From assembly GCA_051313645.2 (NCBI GenBank), contig JBNRSN020000089.1:2666001-2730000 (forward strand): a stretch of DNA of 64,000 nt, read 5' to 3'. This document shows, in pieces, positions 43,098 to 58,700 of the stretch. How positions within the stretch are numbered: position 1 is the first letter of the stretch; the number at the start of each line of letters is the position of its first letter. The notes beneath the pieces were generated by a model, which searched no databases, was not told the origin of the DNA, and was given only the letters and a program-made list of their open reading frames with translations. The stretch is from Centroscyllium fabricii. Its lineage: Eukaryota. Made by a program: the position numbers and the translations under genes.

Positions 43098-45191
43098 ATG
43101 TCCATCTGTGTACAATACATCAGATAATGTCCATCTGTGATCAAAATATCAGACAATATCCATCTCTGAAAAATACATCAGAGAATGTCCATCTGTGAAC
43201 AATACATCAGACATTATCCATCTGTGTACAATACATCAGACATTATCCATCTGTGAACAATACATCAGAAAATGTCCACCTGTGGACAATGCATCAGACA
43301 ATGTCCATCTGTGTAGAATACATAAGACAATGTCCATCTTGTGTACAATACATCAGATAGTGTCCATCTGTGTACAATACATCAGACAATGTCCAATTTT
43401 GAACAATACATCAGACAATATCCATCTACGGACAATACATCAGACAATATCCATCTGTGTACAATACATCAGACAATGTCCATCTGTACAATACATCAGA
43501 CAATGTCCATCTGTGTACAATACATCAGAAATTATCCATCTGTGTATAATACATCAGACAATGTCCATCTGTGAACAATAAATCAGACAATATCCATCTG
43601 TGAACAACACATCAGACATTGTCCATCTGTGTACAATACATCAGACAATATCCATCTGTGTACAATATATCAGACAATATCCATCTGTGTACAGTATATC
43701 AGAAAAATGTCCATCTGTGTAAAATACATCAGACAATATCCATCTGTGTACAATACATCAGACAATGTCCATCTGTGAACAATACATCAGATAATGTCCA
43801 TCTGTGTACAATACATCAGACAATATCCATCTGTGTACAGTACATCAGACAATGTCACCTGTGTACAGTATATCAGATATTATCCATCTGTGAACAATAC
43901 ATCAGACAACATCCACCTGTGTACAATACATCAGACAAATGTACATCTGTGTACAATACATCAGACAATATCCATCAGTGTACAATAAATCAGACAATGT
44001 CCATCTGTGTACAATACATCAGACAAATGTCCAACTGCGTACAATACATCAGACAATATCCATCAGTGTACAATACATCAGACAATGTCAAACTGTGTAC
44101 AATACATAAGACGTTATCTATCTGTGTACAATACATCAGATATTATCCATCTGTGAACAATACATCAGACAATATCCATCTCTGTACAATACATCAGACA
44201 AATGTCCATCTGTGTACAATATATCAGACAATATCCATCAGTGTACAATACATCAGACAATGTCCATCTGTGTACAATACATCAGACAATATCCATCTGT
44301 GAACAATATATCAGAAAATGTCCATCTGTGCACAACACATAAGACATTATCAATCTGTGTACAATACATCTGACATTAACCATCTGTGTAAAATACATCA
44401 GACAATATCCATCTGTGAATAATACATCAGAAAATGTCCATCAGTGTACAATACATCAGACATTATCCATCTGTGAATAACACATCAGACAATATCCGTC
44501 TGTGTACAATGCATCAGACAATGTCAATCTGTGAACAATACATCAGACAATATCCATCTGTTTAGAAAACATCAGACATTGTCCTTCTGTGTACAATACA
44601 TCAGACAATATACAACTGTGTACAATATATCAGACAATGTCCATCTGTGAACAATACATCAGATAATGTCCATCTGTGTACAATACATCAGACAATGTCC
44701 ATCTGTGTACAATACATCAGACAATATCCATCTGTGAACAATACATCAGATTATGTCCATCTGTGTACAATACATCAGAAAATGTCCATCTGTGAACAAT
44801 CCATAAGACAATATCCATCTGTGTACAGTACATCAGACAATCTGTGAGCAATACATCAGATAATGTCCATCTGTGTACAATACATCAGACAATGTCCATC
44901 TGGGTACAATACATCAGACAATATCCATCTGTGTACAGTACATCAGACAATGTCCATCTTTGAACAATACATCAGACAATATCCATCTGTGAACAATACA
45001 TCAGACAATATCCATCTGTGTACAATGCAACAGACAATGTCCATCTGTGTACAATACATCAGACAATGTCCATCTTTGAACAATACATCAGACAATATCC
45101 ATCTGTGAACATAACATCAGACAATATCCATCTGTGTACAATACATCAGACAATGTCCATCTGTGTACAATACATCAGACCTTATCCTTCT

Positions 45192-45517
45192 GTGGCATAG
45201 TGGTTAGCACTGTTGCCTCACTGTGCCAGGGACCCGGGTTCAAATCCAGCCTCAGGTGACTATCTGTGTGGAGTTTGCACATTCTCTCCGTGTCTGCGTG
45301 GGTTTCCTCCGGGTGCTCCGGTTTCCTTCCACAGTCCAAAGATGTGCGGGATAGGTTGATTTGCCAGGATAAATTGACCCTTAGTGTTAGGGGGAATTAG
45401 GGGATTAGGCGGATTAAATATGTGGGGTTACGGGGATAGGGTGGGATATGTGTCGGTGCAGGCTCGATGGGCCGAAATGGCCTCTATCTGCACTGTAGTG
45501 ATTCTATGATTCTATGA
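45192..45517 (+). mobile_element. HE1-type V-SINE, variant B
   Basis: Same junctions. B-type diagnostic bases. Confidence 0.95.
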
Positions 45518-48500
45518 ATGTCCATCTGTGTACAATACTTCAGATAATGTCCATCTGTGATCAAAATATCAGACAATATCCATCTCTGAAAAATACATCT
45601 GTGTACAATACATCTGTGTACAATACATCAGACATTATCCATCTGTGTACAATACATCAGACAATATCCATCTGTGAACAGTACATCAGACAATGTCCAC
45701 CTGTGGACAATACATCAGACAATGTCCATCTGTGTAGAATACATAAGACAATGTCCATCTTGTGTACAATACATCAGATAGTGTCCATCTGTGTACAATG
45801 CATCAGACAATGTCCAATTTTGAACAATACATCAGACAATATCCATCTACGGACAATACATCAGACAATATCCATCTGTGTACAATACATCAGACAATGT
45901 CCATCTGTACAATACATCAGAAAATGTCCATCTGTGTACAATACATCAGACATTATCCATCTGTGTATAATACATCAGACAATGTCCATCTGTGAACAAT
46001 AAATCAGACAATATCCATCTGTGAACAACACATCAGACAATGTCCATCTGTGTACAATACATCAGACAATATCCATCTGTGTACAATACATCAGACAATA
46101 TCCATCTGTGTACAGTATATCAGAAAAATGTCCATCTGTGTACAATACATCAGACAATATCCATCTGCGTACAATACATCAGACAATGTCCATCTGTGAA
46201 CAATACATCAGATAATGTCCATCTGTGTACAGTACATCAGACAATGTCACCTGTGTACAGTATATCAGATATTATCCATCTGTGAACAATACATCAGACA
46301 ACATCCATCTGTGTACAATACATCAGACAAATGTCCATCTGTGTACAATACATCAGACAATATCCATCAGTGTACAATAAATCAGACAATGTCCATCTGT
46401 GTCCAATACATCAGACAAATGTCCAACTGCGTACAATAAATCAGACAATATCCATCAGTGTACAATACATCAGACAATGTCAAACTGTGTACAATACATA
46501 AGACGTTATCTATCTGTGTACAATACATCAGATATTATCCATCTGTGAACAATACATCAGACAATATCCATCTGTGTACAATACATGAGACAAATGACCA
46601 TCTGTGTACAATACATCAGACAATATCCATCAGTGTACAATACATCAGACAATGTCCATCTGTGTACAATACATCAGACAATATCCATCTGTGAACAATA
46701 TATCAGAAAATGTCCATCTGTGCACAATACATAAGACATTATCAATCTGTGTACAATACATCAGACATTATCAATCTGTGTAAAATACATCAGACAATAT
46801 CCATCTGTGAATAATACATCAGAAAATGTCCATCAGTATACAATACATCAGACATTATCCATCTGTGAATAACACATCAGACAATATCCGTCTGTGTACA
46901 ATGCATCAGACAATGTCAATCTGTGAACAATACATCAGACAATATCCATCTGTTTGGAAAACATCAGACATTGTCCATCTGTGTACAATACATCAGACAT
47001 TATCCATCTGTGTACAATACATCAGACATTGACCGTCTGTGTACAATACATCAGACAATGTCCATCTGTGAAAAATACATCAGACAATGTCCATCTGTGT
47101 ACAATAAATCAGACAATGTCCATCTGTGTACAATACATCAGACAATGTCCATCTGTGTACAGTACATCAGACAATGTCACCTGTGTACAGTACATCAGAT
47201 ATTATCCATCTGTGAACAATACATCAGACAATATCCATCTGTGTACAATACATCAGACAAATGTCCATCTGTGTACAATACATCAGAAAATATCCATAAG
47301 TGTACAATACATCAGACAATTTCCATCTGTGTACAATACATCAGACAAATGTCCACCTGTGTACAATACATCAGACAATATCCATCAGTGTACAATCCAT
47401 CAGACAATGTCCATCTGTGTACAATATATCAGACAATATCCATCTGTGAACAATATATCAGAAAATGTCCTTCTGTGCACAATATATAAGACAATATCAA
47501 TCTGTGTACAATACATCAGACATTATCCATCTGTGTAAAATATATCAGACAATATCCATCTGCGAATAATACATCAGAAAATGTCCATCTGTGCACAATA
47601 CATCAGACATTATCCATTTGTGAATAACACATCAGACATTATCCATCTGTGCACAATGCATCAGACAATGTCCATCTGTGAACAATACATCAGACAATAT
47701 CCATCTGTGTAGAAAACATCAGACATTGTCCATCTGTGTACAATACATCAGACATTATCCATCTGTGTACAACACATCAGACATTGTCCGTCTGTGTACA
47801 ATACATCAGACAATGTCCATCTGTGAACAATACATCAGACAATGTCCATCTGTGTACAATAAATCAGACAATGTCCATCTGTGAACAATACATCAGACAA
47901 TATCCATCTGTGTACAATACATCAGAGAATGTCCATCTATGAACAATAAATCAGACAATGTCCATCTGTGAACAATACATCAGACAATGTCCATCTGTGT
48001 ACAATACATCAGACAATGTCCATCTGTGTACAATACATAAGACAATGTCCATCTTGTGTACAATACATCAGACAATGTCCATCTGTGTACAATACATCAG
48101 ACAATGTCCATCTTTGAACAATACATCAGACAATATCCATCTGTGAACAATACATCAGACAATATCCATCTGTGTAAAATACATCAGACAATGTCCAACT
48201 GTACAATACATCAGACAATGTCCAACTGTGTACAATACATCAGACATTATCCATCTGTGTACAATACATCAGACAATGTCCATCTGTGAAAAATAAATCA
48301 TACAATATCCATCTGTGAACAACACATCAGACAATGTCCATCTGTGTACAATATATCAGACAATATCCATCTGTGTACAATACATCAGACATTATCCATC
48401 TGTATACAATACATCAGATAATGTCAATCTGTGTACAATACATCAGACAATATCCATCTGTGTACAGTACATCAGACAATGTCACCTGTGTACAGTACAT

Positions 48501-50946
48501 CAGATATTATCCATCTGTGTACAATACATCAGAAAATATCCATAAGTGTACAATACATCAGACAATTTCCATCTGTGTACAATATATCAGACAAATGTCC
48601 ATCTGTGTACAATACATCAGACAATATCCATCAGTGTACAATCCATCAGACAATGTCCATCTGTGTACAATACATCAGACAATATCCATCTGTGAACAAT
48701 ATATCAGAAAATGTCCATTTGTGCACAATATATAAGACATTATCAATCTGTGTACAATACATCAGACATTATCCATCTGTGTAAAATATATCAGACAATA
48801 TCCATCTGCGAATAATACATCAGAAAATGTCCATCTGTGCACAATACATCAGACATTATCCATCTGTGAATAACACATCAGACATTATCCATCTGTGCAC
48901 AATGCATCAGACAATGTCCATCTGTGAACAATACGTCAGACAATATCCATCTGTGTAGAAAACATCAGACATTGTCCATCTGTGTACAATACATGAGACA
49001 TTATCCATCTGTGTACAACACATCAGACATTGTCCGTCTGTGTACAATACATCAGACAATGTCCATCTGTGAACAATACATCAGACAATGTCCATCTTTG
49101 TACAATAAATCAGACAATGTCCATCTGTGAACAATACATCAGACAATATCCATCTGTGTACAATACATCAGAGAATGTCCATCTGTGAACAATAAATCAG
49201 ACAATGTCCATCTGTGAACAATACATCAGACAATGTCCATCTGTGTACAATACTTCAGACATTGTCCATCTGTGTACAATACATAAGACAATGTCCATCT
49301 TGTGTACAATACATCAGACAATGTCCATCTGTGTACAATACATCACACAGTGTCCATCATTGAACAATACATCAGACAATATCCATCTGTGAACAATACA
49401 TCAGACAATATCCATCTGTGAACAATACATCAGACAATATCTATCTGTGTAAAATACATCAGACAATGTCCAACTGTACAATACATCAGACAATGTCCAA
49501 CTGTGTACAATACATCAGACATTATCCATCTGTATACAATACATCAGACAATGTCCATCTGTGAACAATAAATCAGACAATATCCATCTGTGAACAATAC
49601 ATCAGACAATGTCCATCTGTGTACAATATATCAGACAATATCCATCTGTGTACAATACATCAGACAATATCCATCTGTGTACAGTATATCAGACAATGTC
49701 CATCTGTGTACAATAAATCAGACAATATCCATCTGTGTACAATACGTCAGACAATGTCCATCTGTGAACAATAATTCAGATAATGTCCATCAGTGTACAA
49801 TACATCAGACAATGTCCATCTGTGTACAGTACATCAGACAATGTCATCTGTGTACAGTACATCAGATATTATCCATCTGTGAACAATACATCAGACAATA
49901 TCCATCTGTGTACAATACATCAGACAAATGTCCATCTGTGTACAATACATCAGAAATTATCCATAAGTGAACAATACATCAGACAATGTCCATTAGTGTA
50001 CAATACATCAGACATTATCCGTCTGTGTACAATACATCAGACAATGTCCATCTGTGAACAATACATCAGACATTATCCATCTGTGTACAACACATCAGAC
50101 AATATCCATCTGTGTACAATACATCTGAAAATGTCCATCTGTGAACAATACATAAGACATTATCCATCTGTGTACAATACATTAGATATTATCCATCTGT
50201 GAACAATATATCAGACAAAATCCATCTGTGTACAATACATCAGACAAATGTCCATCTGTGTACAATACATCAGACAATATCCATCAGTGTACAATACATC
50301 AGACAATGTCCATCTGGGTACAATACATCAGACATTGTCCGTCTGTGTACAATACATCAGACAATGTCCATTTGGGAACAATACATCAGATAATGTCCTT
50401 TTGTGTACAATACATCAGACAATGTCTATCTGTGAACAATACATCAGACAATATCCATCTGTGTACAATACATCAGAAAATGTCCATCTGTGAACAATAC
50501 ATCAGACAATGTCCATCTGTGTACAGTACATCAGAAAGTATCCATCTTTGAACAATACATCAGACAATGTCCATCTGTGTACAATACATCGGAAAGTGTC
50601 CATCTGTGAACAATCTTTAAGGCAAAATCGATCTGTGTACAGTACATCAGACAATGTCCATCTTTGTACAATACATCAGACAATGTCCATCTGTGAACAA
50701 AACATCAGACAATATCCATCTCTGAACAATACATCAGAAAATATCCATCTGTGTACAATACATCAGACAATATCCATCTGTGTACAATACATCAGGTATT
50801 ATCTATCTGTATACAATACATCAGAGATTATCCATCTGTGTACAATACATCAGACAATATCCATCTGTGAACAATACATCAGACAATGTCCATCCGTGTA
50901 CAATGCATCAGACAATGTCCGTCTGTGTTCAATACATAAGACAATG

Positions 50947-51354
50947 CCTTGGAAAAAAGAAGGTGGAGGGGTGACATGATTGAGGTGTACAAGATCATGA
51001 GGGGACACGATAGGGTAGACAAAGGGGCATTGTTTCCCCTGGTGGGAGAGTCAAGCACTAGGGGACATAGATTCAAGATCAGGGGGGGGAGGTTTAGGGG
51101 GGAGGTAAGGAGAAATTTCTTTACCCAGAGGGTGGTGGAAGACTGGAACTCCCTGCCTGTGAGGGTGGTGGAGGCAGGAACCAACACAACATTTAAAAAA
51201 TACTTGGACCAGCACATGAAGGACCATAACATACAGGGTTATGGGCCAGTTGCGGGCAACTGGGGTTAGAACAGTGAGGAGTTTTTCTGGGCCGGTGCGG
51301 ACTGGATGGGCCGAATGGCCCTTATCCGCACTGTAAAATTTCTATGATTCTATG
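50947..51354 (+). mobile_element. 5'-truncated CR1/HER1 LINE 3' end (408 bp) inserted in the satellite
   Basis: LEKRRWRGDMIEVYKIMRG...FPLVGESSTRGH...RRNFFTQRVVEDWNSLP, open to the stop codon. 3' end GATGGGCCGAATGGCC with tail TTCTATGATTCTATG. AATG duplicated on both sides. Confidence 0.95.
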
Positions 51355-53013
51355 AATGACCATCTTGTGTACAATACATCAGACAATGTCCATCTGTGTA
51401 CAATACATCAGACAACGTCCATCTGTGAACAATACATCAGACAATGTCCATCTGTGAACAATACATCAGACAATATCCATCTGTGTACAATACATCAGAC
51501 AATATCCATCAGTGTACAATACATCAGACAATATAAATCTGTTTACAGTACATCAGAAAATGTCCATCTGTGTGCAGTACATCAGACAATATCCATCTGT
51601 GTACAATACATCAGACAATGTCCATCTGTGAACAACACATCAGACAATGTCCATCTGTGTACACTACATCAGACAATGTCCATCTGTGTACAGTACATCA
51701 GCAAATGTGCATCTGTGTAAAGTACATCAGACAATGTCCTTCTGTATATAGTACATCAGACAATGTCCATCTGTGTACAATACATCAGACACTGTCCACC
51801 TGTGTACAATACATCAGAAAATGTCCATCTGTGAACAATACATAAGACAATATCCATCTGTGTACAGTACACCAGACAATGTCCATCTTTGTACAATGCG
51901 CCAGAAAATGTCCATCTGTGAACAATACATGAGACATTATACATCTGTGAACAATACATCAGACAATATCCATCTGTGAACAATACATCAGACAATGTCC
52001 ATCTGTGTACAATACATCAGACAATGTCCATCTGTGAACAAAACATCAGACCACATCCATCTCTGAAAAATACATCAGAGAATGTCCATCTGTGTACAAT
52101 ACATCAGACATTATCCATCTGTATACAATATATCAGACAATAACCATCTGTGAACAATACATCAGACAATGTCCATCTGTGGACAATACATCAGACAATG
52201 TCCATCTGTGTACAATACATAAGACAATGTCCATCTTGTGTACAATGCAACAGACAATGTCCATTTGTGTACAATACATCAGACAAGGTCCATCATTGAA
52301 CAATACATCAGACAATATCCATCTGTGAACAATACATCAGACAATATCCATCTGTGTACAATACATCAGACAATGTCCATCTGTGTACAATACATCAGAC
52401 ATTGTCCTTCTGTGTGCAATACATCAGACAATATTCAACAGTGTACAATATATCAGACAATGTCCATCTGTGAACAATACATCAGATAATGTCCATCTGT
52501 GTACAATACATCAGACAATTTCCATCTGTGTACAATACATCAGACAATATCCATCTGTGAACAATACATCAGATTATGTCCATCTGTGTACAATACATCA
52601 GAAAATGTCCATCTGTGAACAATCCATAAGACAATATCCATCTGTGTACAGTACATCAGACAATCTGTGACAATACATCAGATAATGTCCATCTGTGTAC
52701 AATACATCAGACATTGTCCATCTGTGTACAATACATCAGACAATATCCATCTGTGTACAATACATCAGACAATGTCCATCTTTGAACAATAAATCAGACA
52801 ATATCCATCTGTGAACAATACATCAGACAATATCCATCTGTGTACAATGCAACAGACAATGTCCATCTGTGTACAATACATCAGACAATGTCCATCTTTG
52901 AACAATACATCAGACAATATCCATCTGTGAACAATACATCAGACAATATCCATCTGTGTACAATACATCAGACAATGTCCATCTGTGTACAATACATCAG
53001 ACCTTGTCCTTCT

Positions 53014-53339
53014 GTGGCATAGTGGTTAGCACTTTTGCCTCACAGCGCCAGGGACCCGGGTTCAAATCCAGCCTCAGGTGACTATCTGTGTGGAGTTTGC
53101 ACATTCTCTCCGTGTCTGCGTGGGTTTCATCCGGGTGCTCCGGTTTCCTCCCACAGTCCAAAGATGTGCGGGTTATGTTGATTGGCCAGGATAAATTGAC
53201 CCTTAGTGTTAGTGGGAATTAGGGGATTAGGCGGATTAAATATGTGGGGTTACGGGGATAGGGTGGGATATGTGTCAGTGCAGGCTCGATGGACCGAAAT
53301 GGCCTCTATCTGCACTGTAGTGATTCTATGATTCTATGA
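53014..53339 (+). mobile_element. HE1-type V-SINE, variant A
   Basis: Same junctions. 10242 bp after the 42772 copy. Confidence 0.95.
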
Positions 53340-55433
53340 ATGTCCATCTGTGTACAATACATCAGATAATGTCCATCTGTGATCAAAATATCAGACAATA
53401 TCCATCTCTGAAAAATACATCAGAGAATGTCCATCTGTGAACAATACATCAGACATTATCCATCTGTGTACAATACATCAGACATTATCCATCTGTGAAA
53501 AATACATCAGAAAATGTCCACCTGTGGACAATGCATCAGACAATGTCCATCTGTGTAGAATACATAAGACAATGTCCATCTTGTGTACAATACATCAGAT
53601 AGTGTCCATCTGTGTACAATACATCAGACAATGTCCAATTTTGAACAATACATCAGACAATATCCATCTACGGACAATACATCAGACAATATCCATCTGT
53701 GTACAATACATCAGACAATGTCCATCTGTACAATACATCAGACAATGTCCATCTGTGTACAATACATCAGAAATTATCCATCTGTGTATAATACATCAGA
53801 CAATGTCCATCTGTGAACAATAAATCAGACAATATCCATCTGTGAACAACACATCAGACAATGTCCATCTGTGTTCAATACATCAGACAATATCCATCTG
53901 TGTACAATATATCAGACAATATCCATCTGTGTACAGTATATCAGAAAAATGTCCATCTGTGTACAATACATCAGACAATATCCATCTGTGTACAATACAT
54001 CAGACAATGTCCATCTGTGAACAATACATCAGATAATGTCCATCTGTGTACAATACATCAGACAATATCCATCTGTGTACAGTACATCAGACAATGTCAC
54101 CTGTGTACAGTATATCAGATATTATCCATCTGTGAACAATACATCAGACAACATCCACCTGTGTACAATACATCAGACAAATGTACATCTGTGTACAATA
54201 TATCAGACAATATCCATCAGTGTACAATAAATCAGACAATGTCCATCTGTGTACAATACATCAGACAAATGTCCAACTGCGTACAATACATCAGACAATA
54301 TCCATCAGTGTACAATACATCAGACAATGTCAAACTGTGTACAATACATAAGACGTTATCTATCTGTGTACAATACATCAGATATTATCCATCTGTGAAC
54401 AATACATCAGACAATATCCATCTCTGTACAATACATCAGACAAATGTCCATCTGTGTACAATACATCAGACAATATCCATCAGTGTACAATACATCAGAC
54501 AATGTCCATCTGTGTACAATACATCAGACAATATCCATCTGTGAACAATATATCAGAAAATGTCCATCTGTGCACAACACATAAGACATTATCAATCTGT
54601 GTACAATACATCTGACATTAACCATCTGTGTAAAATACATCAGACAATATCCATCTGTGAATAATACATCAGAAAATGTCCATCAGTGTACAATACATCA
54701 GACATTATCCATCTGTGAATAACACATCAGACAATATCCGTCTGTGTACAATGCATCAGACAATGTCAATCTGTGAACAATACATCAGACAATATCCATC
54801 TGTTTAGAAAACATCAGACATTGTCCTTCTGTGTACAATACATCAGACAATATACAACTGTGTACAATATATCAGACAATGTCCATCTGTGAACAATACA
54901 TCAGATAATGTCCATCTGTGTACAATACATCAGACAATGTCCATCTGTGTACAATACATCAGACAATATCCATCTGTGAACAATACATCAGATTATGTCC
55001 ATCTGTGTACAATACATCAGAAAATGTCCATCTGTGAACAATCCATAAGACAATATCCATCTGTGTACAGTACATCAGACAATCTGTGAGCAATACATCA
55101 GATAATGTCCATCTGTGTACAATACATCAGACAATGTCCATCTGGGTACAATACATCAGACAATATCCATCTGTGTACAGTACATCAGACAATGTCCATC
55201 TTTGAACAATACATCAGACAATATCCATCTGTGAACAATACATCAGACAATATCCATCTGTGTACAATGCAACAGACAATGTCCATCTGTGTACAATACA
55301 TCAGACAATGTCCATCTTTGAACAATACATCAGACAATATCCATCTGTGAACATAACATCAGACAATATCCATCTGTGTACAATACATCAGACAATGTCC
55401 ATCTGTGTACAATACATCAGACCTTATCCTTCT

Positions 55434-55759
55434 GTGGCATAGTGGTTAGCACTGTTGCCTCACTGTGCCAGGGACCCGGGTTCAAATCCAGCCTCAGGTG
55501 ACTATCTGTGTGGAGTTTGCACATTCTCTCCGTGTCTGCGTGGGTTTCCTCCGGGTGCTCCGGTTTCCTTCCACAGTCCAAAGATGTGCGGGATAGGTTG
55601 ATTTGCCAGGATAAATTGACCCTTAGTGTTAGGGGGAATTAGGGGATTAGGCGGATTAAATATGTGGGGTTACGGGGATAGGGTGGGATATGTGTCGGTG
55701 CAGGCTCGATGGGCCGAAATGGCCTCTATCTGCACTGTAGTGATTCTATGATTCTATGA
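55434..55759 (+). mobile_element. HE1-type V-SINE, variant B
   Basis: Same junctions. 10242 bp after the 45192 copy. Confidence 0.95.
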
Positions 55760-58700
55760 ATGTCCATCTGTGTACAATACTTCAGATAATGTCCATCTGT
55801 GATCAAAATATCAGACAATATCCATCTCTGAAAAATACATCTGTGTACAATACATCTGTGTACAATACATCAGACATTATCCATCTGTGTACAATACATC
55901 AGACAATATCCATCTGTGAACAGTACATCAGACAATGTCCACCTGTGGACAATACATCAGACAATGTCCATCTGTGTAGAATACATAAGACAATGTCCAT
56001 CTTGTGTACAATACATCAGATAGTGTCCATCTGTGTACAATGCATCAGACAATGTCCAATTTTGAACAATACATCAGACAATATCCATCTACGGACAATA
56101 CATCAGACAATATCCATCTGTGTACAATACATCAGACAATGTCCATCTGTACAATACATCAGAAAATGTCCATCTGTGTACAATACATCAGAAATTATCC
56201 ATCTGTGTATAATACATCAGACAATGTCCATCTGTGAACAATAAATCAGACAATATCCATCTGTGAACAACACATCAGACAATGTCCATCTGTGTACAAT
56301 ACATCAGACAATATCCATCTGTGTACAATACATCAGACAATATCCATCTGTGTACAGTATATCAGAAAAATGTCCATCTGTGTACAATACATCAGACAAT
56401 ATCCATCTGCGTACAATACATCAGACAATGTCCATCTGTGAACAATACATCAGATAATGTCCATCTGTGTACAGTACATCAGACAATGTCACCTGTGTAC
56501 AGTATATCAGATATTATCCATCTGTGAACAATACATCAGACAACATCCATCTGTGTACAATACATCAGACAAATGTCCATCTGTGTACAATACATCAGAC
56601 AATATCCATCAGTGTACAATAAATCAGACAATGTCCATCTGTGTACAATACATCAGACAAATGTCCAACTGCGTACAATAAATCAGACAATATCCATCAG
56701 TGTACAATACATCAGACAATGTCAAACTGTGTACAATACATAAGACGTTATCTATCTGTGTACAATACATCAGATATTATCCATCTGTGAACAATACATC
56801 AGACAATATCCATCTGTGTACAATACATGAGACAAATGACCATCTGTGTACAATACATCAGACAATATCCATCAGTGTACAATACATCAGACAATGTCCA
56901 TCTGTGTACAATACATCAGACAATATCCATCTGTGAACAATATATCAGAAAATGTCCATCTGTGCACAATACATAAGACATTATCAATCTGTGTACAATA
57001 CATCAGACATTATCAATCTGTGTAAAATACATCAGACAATATCCATCTGTGAATAATACATCAGAAAATGTCCATCAGTATACAATACATCAGACATTAT
57101 CCATCTGTGAATAACACATCAGACAATATCCGTCTGTGTACAATGCATCAGACAATGTCAATCTGTGAACAATACATCAGACAATATCCATCTGTTTGGA
57201 AAACATCAGACATTGTCCATCTGTGTACAATACATCAGACATTATCCATCTGTGTACAATACATCAGACATTGACCGTCTGTGTACAATACATCAGACAA
57301 TGTCCATCTGTGAAAAATACATCAGACAATGTCCATCTGTGTACAATAAATCAGACAATGTCCATCTGTGTACAATACATCAGACAATGTCCATCTGTGT
57401 ACAGTACATCAGACAATGTCACCTGTGTACAGTACATCAGATATTATCCATCTGTGAACAATACATCAGACAATATCCATCTGTGTACAATACATCAGAC
57501 AAATGTCCATCTGTGTACAATACATCAGAAAATATCCATAAGTGTACAATACATCAGACAATTTCCATCTGTGTACAATACATCAGACAAATGTCCATCT
57601 GTGTACAATACATCAGACAATATCCATCAGTGTACAATCCATCAGACAATGTCCATCTGTGTACAATATATCAGACAATATCCATCTGTGAACAATATAT
57701 CAGAAAATGTCCTTCTGTGCACAATATATAAGACATTATCAATCTGTGTACAATACATCAGACATTATCCATCTGTGTAAAATATATCAGACAATATCCA
57801 TCTGCGAATAATACATCAGAAAATGTCCATCTGTGCACAATACATCAGACATTATCCATTTGTGAATAACACATCAGACATTATCCATCTGTGCACAATG
57901 CATCAGACAATGTCCATCTGTGAACAATACATCAGACAATATCCATCTGTGTAGAAAACATCAGACATTGTCCATCTGTGTACAATACATCAGACATTAT
58001 CCATCTGTGTACAACACATCAGACATTGTCCGTCTGTGTACAATACATCAGACAATGTCCATCTGTGAACAATACATCAGACAATGTCCATCTGTGTACA
58101 ATAAATCACACAATGTCCATCTGTGAACAATACATCAGACAATATCCATCTGTGTACAATACATCAGAGAATGTCCATCTATGAACAATAAATCAGACAA
58201 AGTCCATCTGTGAACAATACATCAGACAATGTCCATCTGTGTACAATACATCAGACAATGTCCATCTGTGTACAATACATAAGACAATGTCCATCTTGTG
58301 TACAATACATCAGACAATGTCCATCTGTGTACAATACATCAGACAATGTCCAACTGTACAATACATCAGACAATGTCCAACTGTGTACAATACATCAGAC
58401 ATTATCCATCTGTGTACAATACATCAGACAATGTCCATCTGTGAAAAATAAATCATACAATATCCATCTGTGAACAACACATCAGACAATGTCCATCTGT
58501 GTACAATATATCAGACAATATCCATCTGTGTACAATACATCAGACATTATCCATCTGTATACAATACATCAGATAATGTCAATCTGTGTACAATACATCA
58601 GACAATATCCATCTGTGTACAGTACATCAGACAATGTCACCTGTGTACAGTACATCAGATATTATCCATCTGTGTACAATACATCAGAAAATATCCATAA

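Larger units (their letters stand above)
29270..49970. repeat. 12.27-kb offset duplication (about 29.3-37.7 kb repeated at about 41.5-50.0 kb) with internal 2420- and 1246-bp periods
   Basis: ORF pairs 29376/41647 and 31348/43619 (12271), 34651/46923 (12272). SINE starts 30501/42772 and 32921/45192. Internal pairs 30327/32747 (2420) and 35406/36652 (1246). Confidence 0.9.

Noticed and set aside
50879-51269. Active LINE or protein gene at 50949 (and its copy at 61104)
   Set aside because: Only the last ~106 codons of ORF2 are present, with no endonuclease or RT core. The minus-strand ORF is its antisense shadow.
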